Part shown: piece after piece, positions 27,795 to 38,635 of the stretch
How the letters are laid out: each line of letters starts with the position of its first letter
Numbering within the stretch: the first letter of the stretch is position 1
Assembly: GCA_964442075.1 (NCBI GenBank)
Contig: CAYTWH010000008.1
Span: 1,828-65,827 of the forward strand
DNA length: 64,000 nucleotides
Direction of reading: 5' to 3'
From: an uncultured Bacteroidales bacterium
Lineage (GTDB): Bacteria > Bacteroidota > Bacteroidia > Bacteroidales > CAYTAU01
Position numbers and translations under genes: made by a program
The notes under the pieces: generated by a model
Database searches by the model: none
What the model was told of the DNA's origin: nothing
What the model saw: the letters and a program-made list of their open reading frames with translations, nothing else

Positions 27795-28703
27795 ATGAAA
27801 ATATATATATTAATACTAATAATTTTAGGATTGACGATTACAGTTAATGCTCAGCAATTGCCACAAATAAGTCAAAGAACTACTGATATAATGGTATATA
27901 ACCCTGCTTATGTAGGTGCAACAGAAAATCCTGAAATAATACTGCATCACCGTAGTCAATGGGTTGGTTTTACGGGAGCACCTACAACTCAGCTATTAAG
28001 TTATAATGGAAAAGTAAAAGGGAATATGGGTCTTGGAGGCTATATAGTTAATGATATTACAGGACCATCAAGACGTATTACATTTAATGCAAATTATGCC
28101 TATCATTTGGAATTTGATAATTTTAAACTATCGCTTGGAATTGCTGCAACTGTTATGCAATATGGTCTCGATGGGAATAATATTACTATAAAAGATCAAA
28201 CAGATGTTTCTGTACAGCAAGGAGTTTCAGACAGAGCATGGAAACCGGATGCTTCTTTTGGTGCTTATCTTTATAGCGAGAAATATTTTGTTGGACTATC
28301 AGTAATGCAACTAATTGGCTCAAAAATTAAATTATACAATAGTGATTTTGAAGGAGAAATACCCCTTGCAAATCATTTCTACATTATAAGCGGTTATCAT
28401 ATTGATTTTGAGGACGAATTGGTATTTACACCTTCGTTTTTATTTAATACAACAATTGGCAGTCCAAGTCAGATAGACTTTAATTGTAAGCTAGACTATT
28501 TAAATAAAGTGTTTGGAGGAATAACATTCAGGTACAACGATGCCGTTGTTCTAATGGGAGGTATAAAAATTAAAGAACAGTTCAGCATTGCTTATTCTTA
28601 TGATATTGTAACATCTAATTTAAGAAAATATAATAGTGGTTCTCACGAAATAATTTTATCGTTTACAATATTGCCTGCAAATAGTGATGATTCTTTATTA
28701 TAA
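27795..28703 (+). CDS. PorP/SprF-family T9SS outer-membrane protein
   Basis: It has a signal peptide followed by QQLPQISQRTTDIMVYNPAYVGA...LHHRSQWVGFTGAPTT, the typical PorP/SprF N-terminus. It lies 3 nt downstream of the type-B cargo gene. Confidence 0.9.
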   Translation: MKIYILILIILGLTITVNAQQLPQISQRTTDIMVYNPAYVGATENPEIILHHRSQWVGFTGAPTTQLLSYNGKVKGNMGLGGYIVNDITGPSRRITFNANYAYHLEFDNFKLSLGIAATVMQYGLDGNNITIKDQTDVSVQQGVSDRAWKPDASFGAYLYSEKYFVGLSVMQLIGSKIKLYNSDFEGEIPLANHFYIISGYHIDFEDELVFTPSFLFNTTIGSPSQIDFNCKLDYLNKVFGGITFRYNDAVVLMGGIKIKEQFSIAYSYDIVTSNLRKYNSGSHEIILSFTILPANSDDSLL

Positions 28704-28711
28704 ATTTTGTC

Positions 28712-29851
28712 ATGGGAAAATATAAAATGCCTGAAGGCTCTCTTATAAGTTTTTTTAGCAATAAGGTAAAACAAGATGGTGGGATTAATTTTGCACAAGG
28801 TATTCCAGGATATAAACCCCCAAAAGAATTGCTTGAGATATTACATAATGTAATAGACACAGATATTCACCAATATGCACCGGGGAAAGGTAACGGTCTC
28901 TTACTGGATCTTTTAACAGAGCATTATAAAGAACATTATTCTGCCAAAAAAAATGATTTTTTAATTCTTCAAGGTGCGACAGAAGCAATTTCGCTGGTAT
29001 TCACATACTTGCATAATAAAATTGGTAAAAAATATTCTGTTTTAGCAATTGATCCTGTGTATGAATCGTATAATAATCTCCCGAAAATTTTCAATAATAA
29101 CTTTATTGCATTTCATCTAAATAATGACGGTACAATTGATTTTGAACTTTTACGTAGAGCAATAATAATAAATAATGTTAAGATAATTTTTATTAGTTCA
29201 CCAGGAAATCCTTACGGGAAGGTGTTTACAAAAGATGAACAGGAGAAAATTCTACAGCTTGCCAAAAAAATTAATGTTTATGTAATATTTGATGCTGTTT
29301 ATAAAGATCTGTATTATCACAAAAAGCCATTTATTCCTCTTAAGAATCTTGACGAAAATTTATTTTATGTAAATAGTTTTAGCAAAATGCTTTCAATAAC
29401 AGGCTGGCGTGTAGGATATTTGATTGCTCACAAAAAACACATGTCTAATATTCAAAAAATACACGATTATATTGGATTATGTGCTCCTTCACTATTACAG
29501 GAAGCAATAGCTCAATATCTTGATAAATACAATTATGCCGAAAATTATTTGAAAGAAATAAGAAAAAAACTTAACACATCTTATAAACTAATGTCTGAAG
29601 CTCTTGTAAAATTTGGGTTTAGAATTCTTGATACAGATGGTGGTTATTTTATATGGGCTGAACTACCTCAAAAGTTTGCAGATGGGTTTGATTTTGCAAT
29701 TGAACTTTACGAAAAAGAAAAAGTTGCCGTAATACCCGGCATACATTTTTCTGAAAAAGGCAAAAAATATATTCGTTTTAACATTGCACGAGAAGAGCAA
29801 GAGATTAAAAAAGGAATACAAGGTATTAAACGCTTTGTAGGAAAAGTATAA
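28712..29851 (+). CDS. Class I/II PLP-dependent aminotransferase
   Basis: It has INFAQGIPGYKPP near the N-terminus and the PLP-lysine motif NSFSKMLSITGWRVGY. Confidence 0.85.
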   Translation: MGKYKMPEGSLISFFSNKVKQDGGINFAQGIPGYKPPKELLEILHNVIDTDIHQYAPGKGNGLLLDLLTEHYKEHYSAKKNDFLILQGATEAISLVFTYLHNKIGKKYSVLAIDPVYESYNNLPKIFNNNFIAFHLNNDGTIDFELLRRAIIINNVKIIFISSPGNPYGKVFTKDEQEKILQLAKKINVYVIFDAVYKDLYYHKKPFIPLKNLDENLFYVNSFSKMLSITGWRVGYLIAHKKHMSNIQKIHDYIGLCAPSLLQEAIAQYLDKYNYAENYLKEIRKKLNTSYKLMSEALVKFGFRILDTDGGYFIWAELPQKFADGFDFAIELYEKEKVAVIPGIHFSEKGKKYIRFNIAREEQEIKKGIQGIKRFVGKV

Positions 29852-29903
29852 ATTTATACAAGATTCACTAATTTCTTAATACCAAAAAATCTGAATAAAA
29901 CAA

Positions 29904-32900
29904 TTATCGAATTATAGTAACAGCACCAGCTTCTTGATGTTCAACACTTCTAAGGTCTTTATAAATAACAAGCCATGTGTAGGTACCATTTTTACCAATA
30001 TCACCACCATTTACCCTGCCATCCCAGCCTTCATAAATGTCATTTGTTTCAAAAATCACTTCTCCCCACCTATCGTAAATTAACATATGGAAATTTCTTT
30101 TGTCAATGCCATTTCCTTTAACAACAAAACGATCATTTATTCCATCAAAATCAGGTGAAAATGCTGTAGGAGCATAAAAAGTATATTCATTTTGAACTTG
30201 TACTATTATGAATGTAGTATCTTTACATCCGTGAATAGTTGATACAATTAATTCAACATTATAAGTACCTGTTGGATATGTTGGATAAATATGACAAGGG
30301 TTTTCTGCACTAGAAGAATCTCCATCACCAAAGAACCAGAAATTTATATCATTTAATGACGAATGATTAATAAAATTGATCATCGGTTTGATTATACTTA
30401 CAACTTCAGGGTCTGCAATAAATTTTGCAATAGGCTGTGGATATACTGTTATCAAATTGAGTTTCGTATCAGTATTAACACATCCATCTACTGAAGTAAC
30501 TGTTAATGTAACATCATAAATACCCGGATCATCATAAGTATGTACAGGAGATTTGTCGTAAGCAAGATTATTGTTGTCAATGTCTCCAAAATTCCAAACA
30601 AATGTTTGTCCATCGTTAGGACTGGTTTCATTAAATTGAACTTCTAATGGTTGACATCCGTTAGTAATATTGGGAGCAAAACTAATAGGAGGAAGCTCGT
30701 GAACATAAATTGTAATAGATTCTGTTGCTATTGAACCACATGCGTCCATTGCTGCAACAACATATGTTGTTGCTAATGATGGATATACAGTAAAAGGGGA
30801 ATCTTGTACATTTCCATCAACATAAGTTAAGTATGGAGGTCCGATTCCTGCAGAAGGTGAAATTGTAATAAGAGCAGGGTCTCCCGGACAAACATATTCA
30901 TTTTGCGTATTAAGTTCCAATTGAACAGGTGGAGAAACACTAACTGTAGAAGTTACAGTTGAACTAACGCAACCATTTGCGTCCACAACATATACACTAT
31001 ATACTGTTTCTGTTGTAAGAGTAACATAAATAACAGGTGAATTTATAGATGCATGACTCCAGTTATATGTGTAGGGTTGGTTACCTCCAACTATTGCAGC
31101 ATTAATTGTTGCTGTTTGTCCGTTACAAACCAATTGATCAGGAGTTATAGATATCAATATCTCAGGAGGTGTTGTTATTGTAAATCCTGCCGTATTCGTG
31201 CAACCATTAACATCTGTAACTGTAACAGTATAAATACTGGGAGGTAAATTTGTAAAATCTCCTACTGATTGCTGATTACCATCAATTGAATAAGTTAATC
31301 CTCCTGCACCTCCGGATGCTGCAATCGTAATACCACCATCATTATAACCATAACACGAAACATCTGTTGATGATTGAGAATCAATAATAATATCAGCAGG
31401 TTCAACAACAATTAATGCACTGCTTGTTGTTGTACATCCATTTCCATCAGTTATAGTAACAATATAAGTACCTCCACCAAGTCCGGGAAAACTTCCTGTT
31501 TGATTTGAACTTGTTCCATCAGTATAAGTTAAAGGAGGAGTACCTCCCGTTGCACTTACAACTACAGCACCATCATTATCACCAAAACAAGTAACATCAC
31601 TTGCTGTTTCAGAATTTATGGTAATTCCTGCTGCTTCACTTATTGTAACACAAACATTACCAGTGCATCCGTTATTATCAATTACAGTAACACAATATTG
31701 TCCTACACATAAATTGGAAATTGATTGTGATACAGCACCATTATTCCATATATTACCGCCGGGGTAAACTAAATCTACACTTGCTGTTCCGTCACATGCC
31801 CCATTACACGTAACATTTGTAGAACTTAATGTTGGAATAGGTTCTGCAAACACTTCAATTGTTATTGTAGTAGTAGTATTACAACCTCCAAGATGTGTTG
31901 TTTGCGTTACATCATATTGTCCGGGAATAGTCCATGTTACGCCTGTTGGATTTTCATTTGCTGAAGACGACGGTGTTCCACCTGAAAAAGACCATGTCCA
32001 TGTAATTCCACCACCTGTATCTCCTGTATTTGTAAAATTAAAAGAATTACCTGTTAAACACTGATCTGCACTGGCAGTAAAACCTGAAGTAACGGTACCA
32101 CTTGTACCTACTGTTACTAATTCTGTAATAGTACAACCATTAACATCTGTAATTGTAATGGTATATGGACCTGCAAGAAGACTTGTAAAATTGCCTGTTG
32201 CCTGTCCGCCTGAGCCAATATCATAGCTTAAAGCTCCAGTTCCTCCTGTTGCAGTAACAGATATTGTACCATCAAATGCTCCACATACTTCCGGTGTAGA
32301 ACTTGAAGAAGATACTGTTATTTCTGTAGGAATTGTAACACTGATGTTTATTACGTTCGGTGCACAAGTTGGATCGGTTACTGTTAAAGTAATATTTGGT
32401 GTTGAACCGGGTGTGGAATAAGTTACAGTATGTGATCCAACTGTATTTGCTGTAGCAGGAGTTGCACCTGTTCCAAAATTCCATAAATAGGTAGCACCAG
32501 GATCAACAGTACCGGGAACATAAGTAAATGTAATAGGTGAATCATAACAGTCTGGTGTCGTTGCAGTAATACTGCCGGGAGGCGTTACACAACCCATGCA
32601 AGGAGCAGGAGCAGTATATGTTATAGTATAATTACAACCATCATCAGTAAAATAAGAGTATAAAGTATGTGTGAGACCATCAGCCGGAATACCAGTTATA
32701 CTAAAATTAGTAGGACTAAAAAAGTTTGGAGTAGGTATAAAAGAATCAAAAAAACCGGGACCTGCATCGTCTTCAATAATTAAACTTCCTGTTGCAGGTG
32801 GATTAATATATACAATCGTACCTGTAATATCATAAGTATTTGTAACAGGATCACATGGACCAACATTTACTGTAATATTTGTCATTGTACAAGGAACAAC

Positions 32901-33413
32901 AATACTGCAATCAGTTTCGCCGGTACTTGTTCCAGATGAAAATTCCACATCAGTTGTACTATTAGAATAATTTGTTAAAAGAAACATATAAAATTCACCA
33001 ACTTGGGCATTTGGAATATAACAATCTTCCACAGACGCTGTGCTATAGCTACAATCTACAGTGTTACCAGCTGTTAATCCTGCTGTACATGCACCTGTTG
33101 CAGTAGTAAATGGTCCCCAACATATAAAATCAATATCGTATGAACCCGGTGTAGATTCCATATGAATGTTAATATCTCCGGCAACAGAAATTTGAAGGAA
33201 ATACCAAACAGGGTTAGGTTGAGTAAGCAAACAACCATAGTCAGGTCCGGCTTCTGAAGTTGTTCCAGTTGCAAGAGGATAGTTGTAAATCGAATCTGTA
33301 CAAAATGGATCTGCATCATCGCAAAAGGGTTGCTGTGCATAAATATTTTGAAAAAATAATCCGAATAATAATATAATTAAAAAAAAACGTTTCATAGTTT
33401 TATTTTTTTTCAT
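29904..33413 (-). CDS. Giant surface protein with PKD/SprB-type repeats and a T9SS type-B C-terminal domain
   Basis: It has a signal peptide (the start may be the second Met, MKRFF, at 33395) and several SprB-type C.G..DG...V.A.GG..PL.Y repeats. The C-terminus reads FYAPTAFSPDFDGINDRFVVKG...IYDRWGEVIFE...GAVTIIR. Confidence 0.9.
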   Translation of the reverse strand: MKKNKTMKRFFLIILLFGLFFQNIYAQQPFCDDADPFCTDSIYNYPLATGTTSEAGPDYGCLLTQPNPVWYFLQISVAGDINIHMESTPGSYDIDFICWGPFTTATGACTAGLTAGNTVDCSYSTASVEDCYIPNAQVGEFYMFLLTNYSNSTTDVEFSSGTSTGETDCSIVVPCTMTNITVNVGPCDPVTNTYDITGTIVYINPPATGSLIIEDDAGPGFFDSFIPTPNFFSPTNFSITGIPADGLTHTLYSYFTDDGCNYTITYTAPAPCMGCVTPPGSITATTPDCYDSPITFTYVPGTVDPGATYLWNFGTGATPATANTVGSHTVTYSTPGSTPNITLTVTDPTCAPNVINISVTIPTEITVSSSSSTPEVCGAFDGTISVTATGGTGALSYDIGSGGQATGNFTSLLAGPYTITITDVNGCTITELVTVGTSGTVTSGFTASADQCLTGNSFNFTNTGDTGGGITWTWSFSGGTPSSSANENPTGVTWTIPGQYDVTQTTHLGGCNTTTTITIEVFAEPIPTLSSTNVTCNGACDGTASVDLVYPGGNIWNNGAVSQSISNLCVGQYCVTVIDNNGCTGNVCVTISEAAGITINSETASDVTCFGDNDGAVVVSATGGTPPLTYTDGTSSNQTGSFPGLGGGTYIVTITDGNGCTTTSSALIVVEPADIIIDSQSSTDVSCYGYNDGGITIAASGGAGGLTYSIDGNQQSVGDFTNLPPSIYTVTVTDVNGCTNTAGFTITTPPEILISITPDQLVCNGQTATINAAIVGGNQPYTYNWSHASINSPVIYVTLTTETVYSVYVVDANGCVSSTVTSTVSVSPPVQLELNTQNEYVCPGDPALITISPSAGIGPPYLTYVDGNVQDSPFTVYPSLATTYVVAAMDACGSIATESITIYVHELPPISFAPNITNGCQPLEVQFNETSPNDGQTFVWNFGDIDNNNLAYDKSPVHTYDDPGIYDVTLTVTSVDGCVNTDTKLNLITVYPQPIAKFIADPEVVSIIKPMINFINHSSLNDINFWFFGDGDSSSAENPCHIYPTYPTGTYNVELIVSTIHGCKDTTFIIVQVQNEYTFYAPTAFSPDFDGINDRFVVKGNGIDKRNFHMLIYDRWGEVIFETNDIYEGWDGRVNGGDIGKNGTYTWLVIYKDLRSVEHQEAGAVTIIR

Positions 33414-34056
33414 AATTTTTAATAAATTTTTCTTTATCAGCTTTTAGTTGCATAAGTTTTTTATCAGCATTTTCGAACCAACCGCTTTTAATTGCCTTAT
33501 TAATTTCTTTTTTATCGTGCTGTACCCAGAATATTTTATATTCTGCATCAGTAATTCGCTTATCATAATAATCTAATGAATTTGGGTCTGAAGCATTTTG
33601 AAAAACAACTGGAGAAGATAATTTGTCTAAAGTATTTTTAGAAATAGCAGAAGAAGGTAATGGATCTGTTTTATACTCCATATATTGTATTTTTGTTGTT
33701 TTGCCATTTACTTCTATGGCAGAAACTCCATTATCTTTAAAAAGATTATAAAAATAGTTAATGTCTGCTTTTTCAAATGCAGCATCTACCTGAATTTCAG
33801 AATTTTCATTTTCTGTTGTATTGAATTTTAAAACACCGGTACTTTGAGTGAAAGCTGTAATAAACTCTGTCAATTGACTTTCATCTAAATTTTTCATAAT
33901 AAAAGCACAATGCAAATTATTGGCCGCATCCCTACTAAATAGACTATTATCTTTTAATTCAAAGCTTAATATTGTGTTTGAAACTTGTGAAAAACTAACA
34001 AAGGTTAACAATAACAAAACTATTGTAACAAACTGCTTTAATAATATCTTTTTCAT
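33400..34056 (-). CDS. Hypothetical secreted protein
   Basis: It has a signal peptide (VTIVLLLLTFVSFSQ) and no recognisable motif. Its stop overlaps or abuts the start of the type-B adhesin gene. Confidence 0.65.
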   Translation of the reverse strand: MKKILLKQFVTIVLLLLTFVSFSQVSNTILSFELKDNSLFSRDAANNLHCAFIMKNLDESQLTEFITAFTQSTGVLKFNTTENENSEIQVDAAFEKADINYFYNLFKDNGVSAIEVNGKTTKIQYMEYKTDPLPSSAISKNTLDKLSSPVVFQNASDPNSLDYYDKRITDAEYKIFWVQHDKKEINKAIKSGWFENADKKLMQLKADKEKFIKNYEKK

Positions 34057-34303
34057 AATATGTATGTTTTAAGTTTTAATATTTACTGTTTAGACGTAAA
34101 AAATCAATAAAGGTTGCCTAAAATATATTGTAAAATTAATAAAAAAAGTGGGTTTTATTGAAAAATTAAATTGTTGATATTAACATTTATTTGTTGATTA
34201 CAAAGTAAACCCAACTCACTCCAGCTATAAGGAATGAGTTTTCAAATAGTTAAAATATAATTCTTGTTTTTAGAAAAACTGGGAAATATTTATAAATATT
34301 TGA

Positions 34304-36175
34304 TTAATTCTCCGTGATTTTCCAATCACCATTTGCTTTTATAAGCTCAATAAGTTCATTAATTGCATTATCTTCGGGAATATTCTTTTTAATTACTTCT
34401 TTCCCTTTATATAAAGAGATTTTATTTATTCCAGAACCTACATATCCATAATCGGCATCAGCCATTTCTCCGGGACCATTAACTATACATCCCATTATGC
34501 CAATTTTTATATTTTTTAACTCTGATGTTTTTTCTTTTATTTCTGCACAAATTTTTTCAATATCAAAAAGAGTTCTGCTACACGATGGACATGAAATATA
34601 TTCCGGCTTAGTAAATCTAATTCTACTTGCCTGCATAATATTAAAAACCGTGTTTCTTACTTTTGAAGTTTCGGATGTTAAAATATTTGATACCCAAACT
34701 CCTTCACCAAAACCATCAATTAATAATCCTCCAATATCACATGTACATTTAATTTGCATATTTTCAATATCTTGCTCTGTATAAACCCTATGTATTATTA
34801 CAGGTATTTTACAATTATTATTTTTCAATATATTAAAAAATTCATAATGTTCATTTATTGATATTTTATTTGTTGTTGTTAAAATTAAAACTATTGTTTT
34901 GTTATTTTTTAAATTATTAATAATGTCGTAATTGAGCTTATTATAGGATATTGTAACAAAATTTAATACTTCCGATTTTCTATCACAATTTAAAAATTCT
35001 TTAATTGTAAATAATGGATAAGTATTGTATTGATTTTTCCATGCATTATAATTACAAATTAATTTCACAATCTTACAAGATCCTATACTATAAGGGTCTG
35101 ATGCGGCATAAACATAGTCAACTGCTGTATCTTCTTTTTTCCAGATATTATCATTAAAAAAATAACCCAGTTCATTTAAAGAGTCTTCATCAATACATGG
35201 TTTTGAGCCTAATCCTGCAATTACAACAGGTTTATTATTCCCCCCAATTTCATCAACTACAAAGGTTTTTCTTTTTAAATATTCAACAGATTTTTGAATA
35301 TTTGTTGTGTTTTCCTGATCTAATGAATATTCAACAATTTGTTTAGCAACAGGGATTTCATATTCAGGAGCCTCGGTTAGCGACACACGTATAGTATCAC
35401 CTATTCCATCTGTAAGCAATGTACTAATTCCAACTGCAGACTTTATTCTCCCCTCTTCTCCAAAACCGGCCTCAGTAACTCCTAAATGCAATGGATAAAC
35501 AATACCGTTTGTTTTCATCCTCTCAAAAAGCAAACGATTAGCGTAAACCATTATGCGAGTATTACTTGATTTTATTGATAAAACAATGTTGTGAAAATTT
35601 TCATCTTCACATATTTTTATATATTCCATTGCAGATTCTACCATACCAGCAGGTGTATCACCATATTTGTTTATTATTCTTTCCGACAATGAGCCGTGAT
35701 TTACACCAATTCTGATAGCCGTATTATGTTGTTTGCAAGTTTGTAATAATGGAATAAATTGTTTTTTAATCTTTTCCAACTCTTCCTGATACTGAGAAAG
35801 TAGAAACTCTCTTGTATATTCTTTTTTCTTATCAACAAAATTCCCCGGATTAATTCTAATTTTATCAACTATTTTTGCAGCAATTTCAGCAATTTTAGGA
35901 TTAAAATGAATATCTGCCACCAAAGGAATATTATAACCTTTTTGTAAAAGTTTTTCTTTAATATTTTTTAAATTTTCAGCATCTTTTATTGTTGGTGTTG
36001 ATATCCTGACAATATTAGCTCCTGCATCAACAATTCTAATTATTTGCTCAACAGTTTCAATTGTATCAATTGTTTTTGTATTGGTCATTGATTGAATAAG
36101 AACAGGATTATCTCCTCCAATTTCAACATTGCCAATTTTTACAATTTTACTTTTATATTTATTTTTAACTTCCAT
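34304..36175 (-). CDS. ispG: 4-hydroxy-3-methylbut-2-en-1-yl diphosphate synthase (long form with an insert domain)
   Basis: It has GNVEIGGDNPVLIQSMTNT at the N-terminus and the cluster-ligand region CPSCSRT...GCIVNGPGE at the C-terminus. The length of 623 aa fits the long IspG type. Confidence 0.9.
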   Translation of the reverse strand: MEVKNKYKSKIVKIGNVEIGGDNPVLIQSMTNTKTIDTIETVEQIIRIVDAGANIVRISTPTIKDAENLKNIKEKLLQKGYNIPLVADIHFNPKIAEIAAKIVDKIRINPGNFVDKKKEYTREFLLSQYQEELEKIKKQFIPLLQTCKQHNTAIRIGVNHGSLSERIINKYGDTPAGMVESAMEYIKICEDENFHNIVLSIKSSNTRIMVYANRLLFERMKTNGIVYPLHLGVTEAGFGEEGRIKSAVGISTLLTDGIGDTIRVSLTEAPEYEIPVAKQIVEYSLDQENTTNIQKSVEYLKRKTFVVDEIGGNNKPVVIAGLGSKPCIDEDSLNELGYFFNDNIWKKEDTAVDYVYAASDPYSIGSCKIVKLICNYNAWKNQYNTYPLFTIKEFLNCDRKSEVLNFVTISYNKLNYDIINNLKNNKTIVLILTTTNKISINEHYEFFNILKNNNCKIPVIIHRVYTEQDIENMQIKCTCDIGGLLIDGFGEGVWVSNILTSETSKVRNTVFNIMQASRIRFTKPEYISCPSCSRTLFDIEKICAEIKEKTSELKNIKIGIMGCIVNGPGEMADADYGYVGSGINKISLYKGKEVIKKNIPEDNAINELIELIKANGDWKITEN

Positions 36176-36593
36176 TCCATATTAGTTTTTTCCCAAAACC
36201 TAACTTATTATGTGTCATTTTTAGAAAATTAATATTAACAGCCCAAAGAGTTGTTTTCATTAAAACAGCATAAGGGAATCGTTTCATATATGCTTTTCTA
36301 CCAATTTTCAGTTCTTCATTTTCTAATTTTGATATTATACCATTAAACTGAATACCTTGAATTTTACTAATAGTTTTAGTTTCTAATACAATTGAACCTG
36401 CTACATTTTTGTTTTTAAAAAAATCTTGTGCATGTTTTGTGTCAATATCTGAAGTAAAGATAAACACATTTTCTTTTTCAAGATAAACATAAAAACAATT
36501 TGCACAATAAGGTGCATTTTTAATACTGGTAGCAATTGTTAATACATGGTGTTCTTTTATAAAACTAACAATTCTTGAATCAATTTTATTCAT
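36165..36593 (-). CDS. Pyridoxamine 5'-phosphate oxidase-like FMN-binding protein (YhbP-like)
   Basis: The listed ORF starts at a TTG (36650), and the first ATG gives MNKIDSRIVSFIKEHHVLTIATS.... Size and N-terminal pattern resemble the general-stress/PNPOx split-barrel family. It overlaps the ispG start by 11 nt. Confidence 0.6.
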   Translation of the reverse strand: MNKIDSRIVSFIKEHHVLTIATSIKNAPYCANCFYVYLEKENVFIFTSDIDTKHAQDFFKNKNVAGSIVLETKTISKIQGIQFNGIISKLENEELKIGRKAYMKRFPYAVLMKTTLWAVNINFLKMTHNKLGFGKKLIWNGS

Positions 36594-36674
36594 CAATATG
36601 TTATAAAAAGATTTTTTTGTATTTTTACAAAAATAAATTTTAATCTGCAAAATTAATTAAAATCTTGACCAAGC

Positions 36675-38633
36675 ATGAAATTCCTGCAATTATTAGTTCT
36701 ATCTGTATTATATTTATTATGTAATCTTGATATTAAAGCTCAAACAAAGTTCCCTGTAGATATTATTGATCAAATTGCTTTATCTAAACAAAAAGCTTAT
36801 AAACACACTTTTAATTATAAACAATTAAATAGTGTTGGAGACAATTACGATATTAAATATCACTGCTTAAACATTAATGTAGATCCAAATGTTCGTTTTA
36901 TTTCAGGTTCAATAACAACGCATTTTCTTATTAGTCAAAATGGTGTTTCTCAAATAACTTTTGATCTTTCAGATACATTATTTGTTGATTCTGTAATCTA
37001 TAATAACAATAACGTTTTTTATAATACAAATAACGATATTCTCACTATTGACCTTCCTGTAAGTCTAAATTTAAACGATTTTGATTCAGTATGTGTTTAT
37101 TATCATGGTGTTCCCAGATATGATGGCAACAGGGCATTTGGACAAGCAATGCACGACACAATTAATCCTGTACCAATTATATGGACATTATCACAACCAT
37201 ACAGCGCAAAAGAATGGTGGCCTTGCAAACAAGATCTGAATGATAAAATTGATTCAATTGATGTAATTGTTACAAGTCCTTCCGAATATAGAGTTGCATC
37301 AAATGGTTTATTAATTTCGGAAACTTTAAATGCAGGATATACAAGTTATCATTGGAAACACAAATATCCAATTACTGCATATCTTATTGCTTTTGCCGTT
37401 ACTAATTATGCCGTTTATTCTGATTATGTTCCTTTTTCTGCCAACGACTCTCTTGAGGTATTGAACTATGTTTATCCTGAAGACTCAGCAACACTATCTA
37501 CAAAAAAAGATATTATTGATATAATTCAATTGTATAATAACTTGTTTATTGAATATCCTTTTAAAGAAGAAAAATACGGGCATGCACAATTTACATGGCC
37601 AGGTGGAATGGAACATCAAACAATGAGTTTTATGTACAATTTTAGTTTTCATCTTGTAGCTCATGAAGTTGCTCATCAATGGTTTGGCGATTATATAACC
37701 TGTGGCAGTTGGCAAGATATATGGCTTAACGAAGGTTTTGCTACATATTGCAATGGTCTTAGCTACGAACATCTTTTAAATGGCTATTATTGGCCCTACT
37801 GGAAAATTGACTTACTTGATAAAATAACAGATGAGCCTGATGGTTCGGTATTTTGTGAGGACACAACAAGTGTTGAAAGAATTTTTAGCAGCAGATTATC
37901 TTATTCAAAAGGGGCATACGTATTACACATGTTGAGATGGGAACTTGGCGATTCATTATTTTTCGAATCTGTAAAAAGCTATTTAAACGATACTCTATTA
38001 AGCAATAATTTTGCAAAAACAAATGACCTAATATATCATTTTGAAACAGTTGGAGACACAAATCTTACTGAATTTTTTAACGATTGGTTTTATGGCGAAG
38101 GGTTTCCTTATTATTCAATTTTATGGAGTCAAAATACTGACAGTATTGTAAATTTCTCAATAGAACAAACTCAATCTCACACATCTGTTTTGTTTTTTGA
38201 AATGCATGTTCCATTACAATTTTGTGGCAATTCTGTTGATACTATTATTAAGTTCATGCACAATTCTTCGGGAGAAAACTTCAGTTTTAAAGCTCCTTTT
38301 ATGATAGATTCAATTGTGTTTGACCCTGAAATGTGGATTATTACTAAAGACCCTTTAATAATTGAATATATTAAAAAAACTGAAAAAGATGATGAAAGAT
38401 TAATAGTTTATCCTAATCCTGTTAAGGACGAATTAATAATCCAGACACCAAAAAACCTCAATATCAATAAAATAAATATAATTGATGTTAACGGGAAATT
38501 AATAAAAGAAGTATACATAACAGATTTTACACAAAATATTGTTATTGATCTGTCAAGCATTAAAGCAGGGAGTTATTTTGTTGAAATAATTACTGATTAT
38601 GGAAAAATAAGCAAGAAGATCGTTAAGCAATAA
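36675..38633 (+). CDS. M1-family zinc aminopeptidase with a T9SS type-A CTD
   Basis: It has the gluzincin motif HEVAHQWFGD followed by WLNEGFATY. The C-terminus reads IVYPNPVKDELIIQT...GSYFVEI. Confidence 0.9.
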   Translation: MKFLQLLVLSVLYLLCNLDIKAQTKFPVDIIDQIALSKQKAYKHTFNYKQLNSVGDNYDIKYHCLNINVDPNVRFISGSITTHFLISQNGVSQITFDLSDTLFVDSVIYNNNNVFYNTNNDILTIDLPVSLNLNDFDSVCVYYHGVPRYDGNRAFGQAMHDTINPVPIIWTLSQPYSAKEWWPCKQDLNDKIDSIDVIVTSPSEYRVASNGLLISETLNAGYTSYHWKHKYPITAYLIAFAVTNYAVYSDYVPFSANDSLEVLNYVYPEDSATLSTKKDIIDIIQLYNNLFIEYPFKEEKYGHAQFTWPGGMEHQTMSFMYNFSFHLVAHEVAHQWFGDYITCGSWQDIWLNEGFATYCNGLSYEHLLNGYYWPYWKIDLLDKITDEPDGSVFCEDTTSVERIFSSRLSYSKGAYVLHMLRWELGDSLFFESVKSYLNDTLLSNNFAKTNDLIYHFETVGDTNLTEFFNDWFYGEGFPYYSILWSQNTDSIVNFSIEQTQSHTSVLFFEMHVPLQFCGNSVDTIIKFMHNSSGENFSFKAPFMIDSIVFDPEMWIITKDPLIIEYIKKTEKDDERLIVYPNPVKDELIIQTPKNLNINKINIIDVNGKLIKEVYITDFTQNIVIDLSSIKAGSYFVEIITDYGKISKKIVKQ

Positions 38634-38635
38634 TT

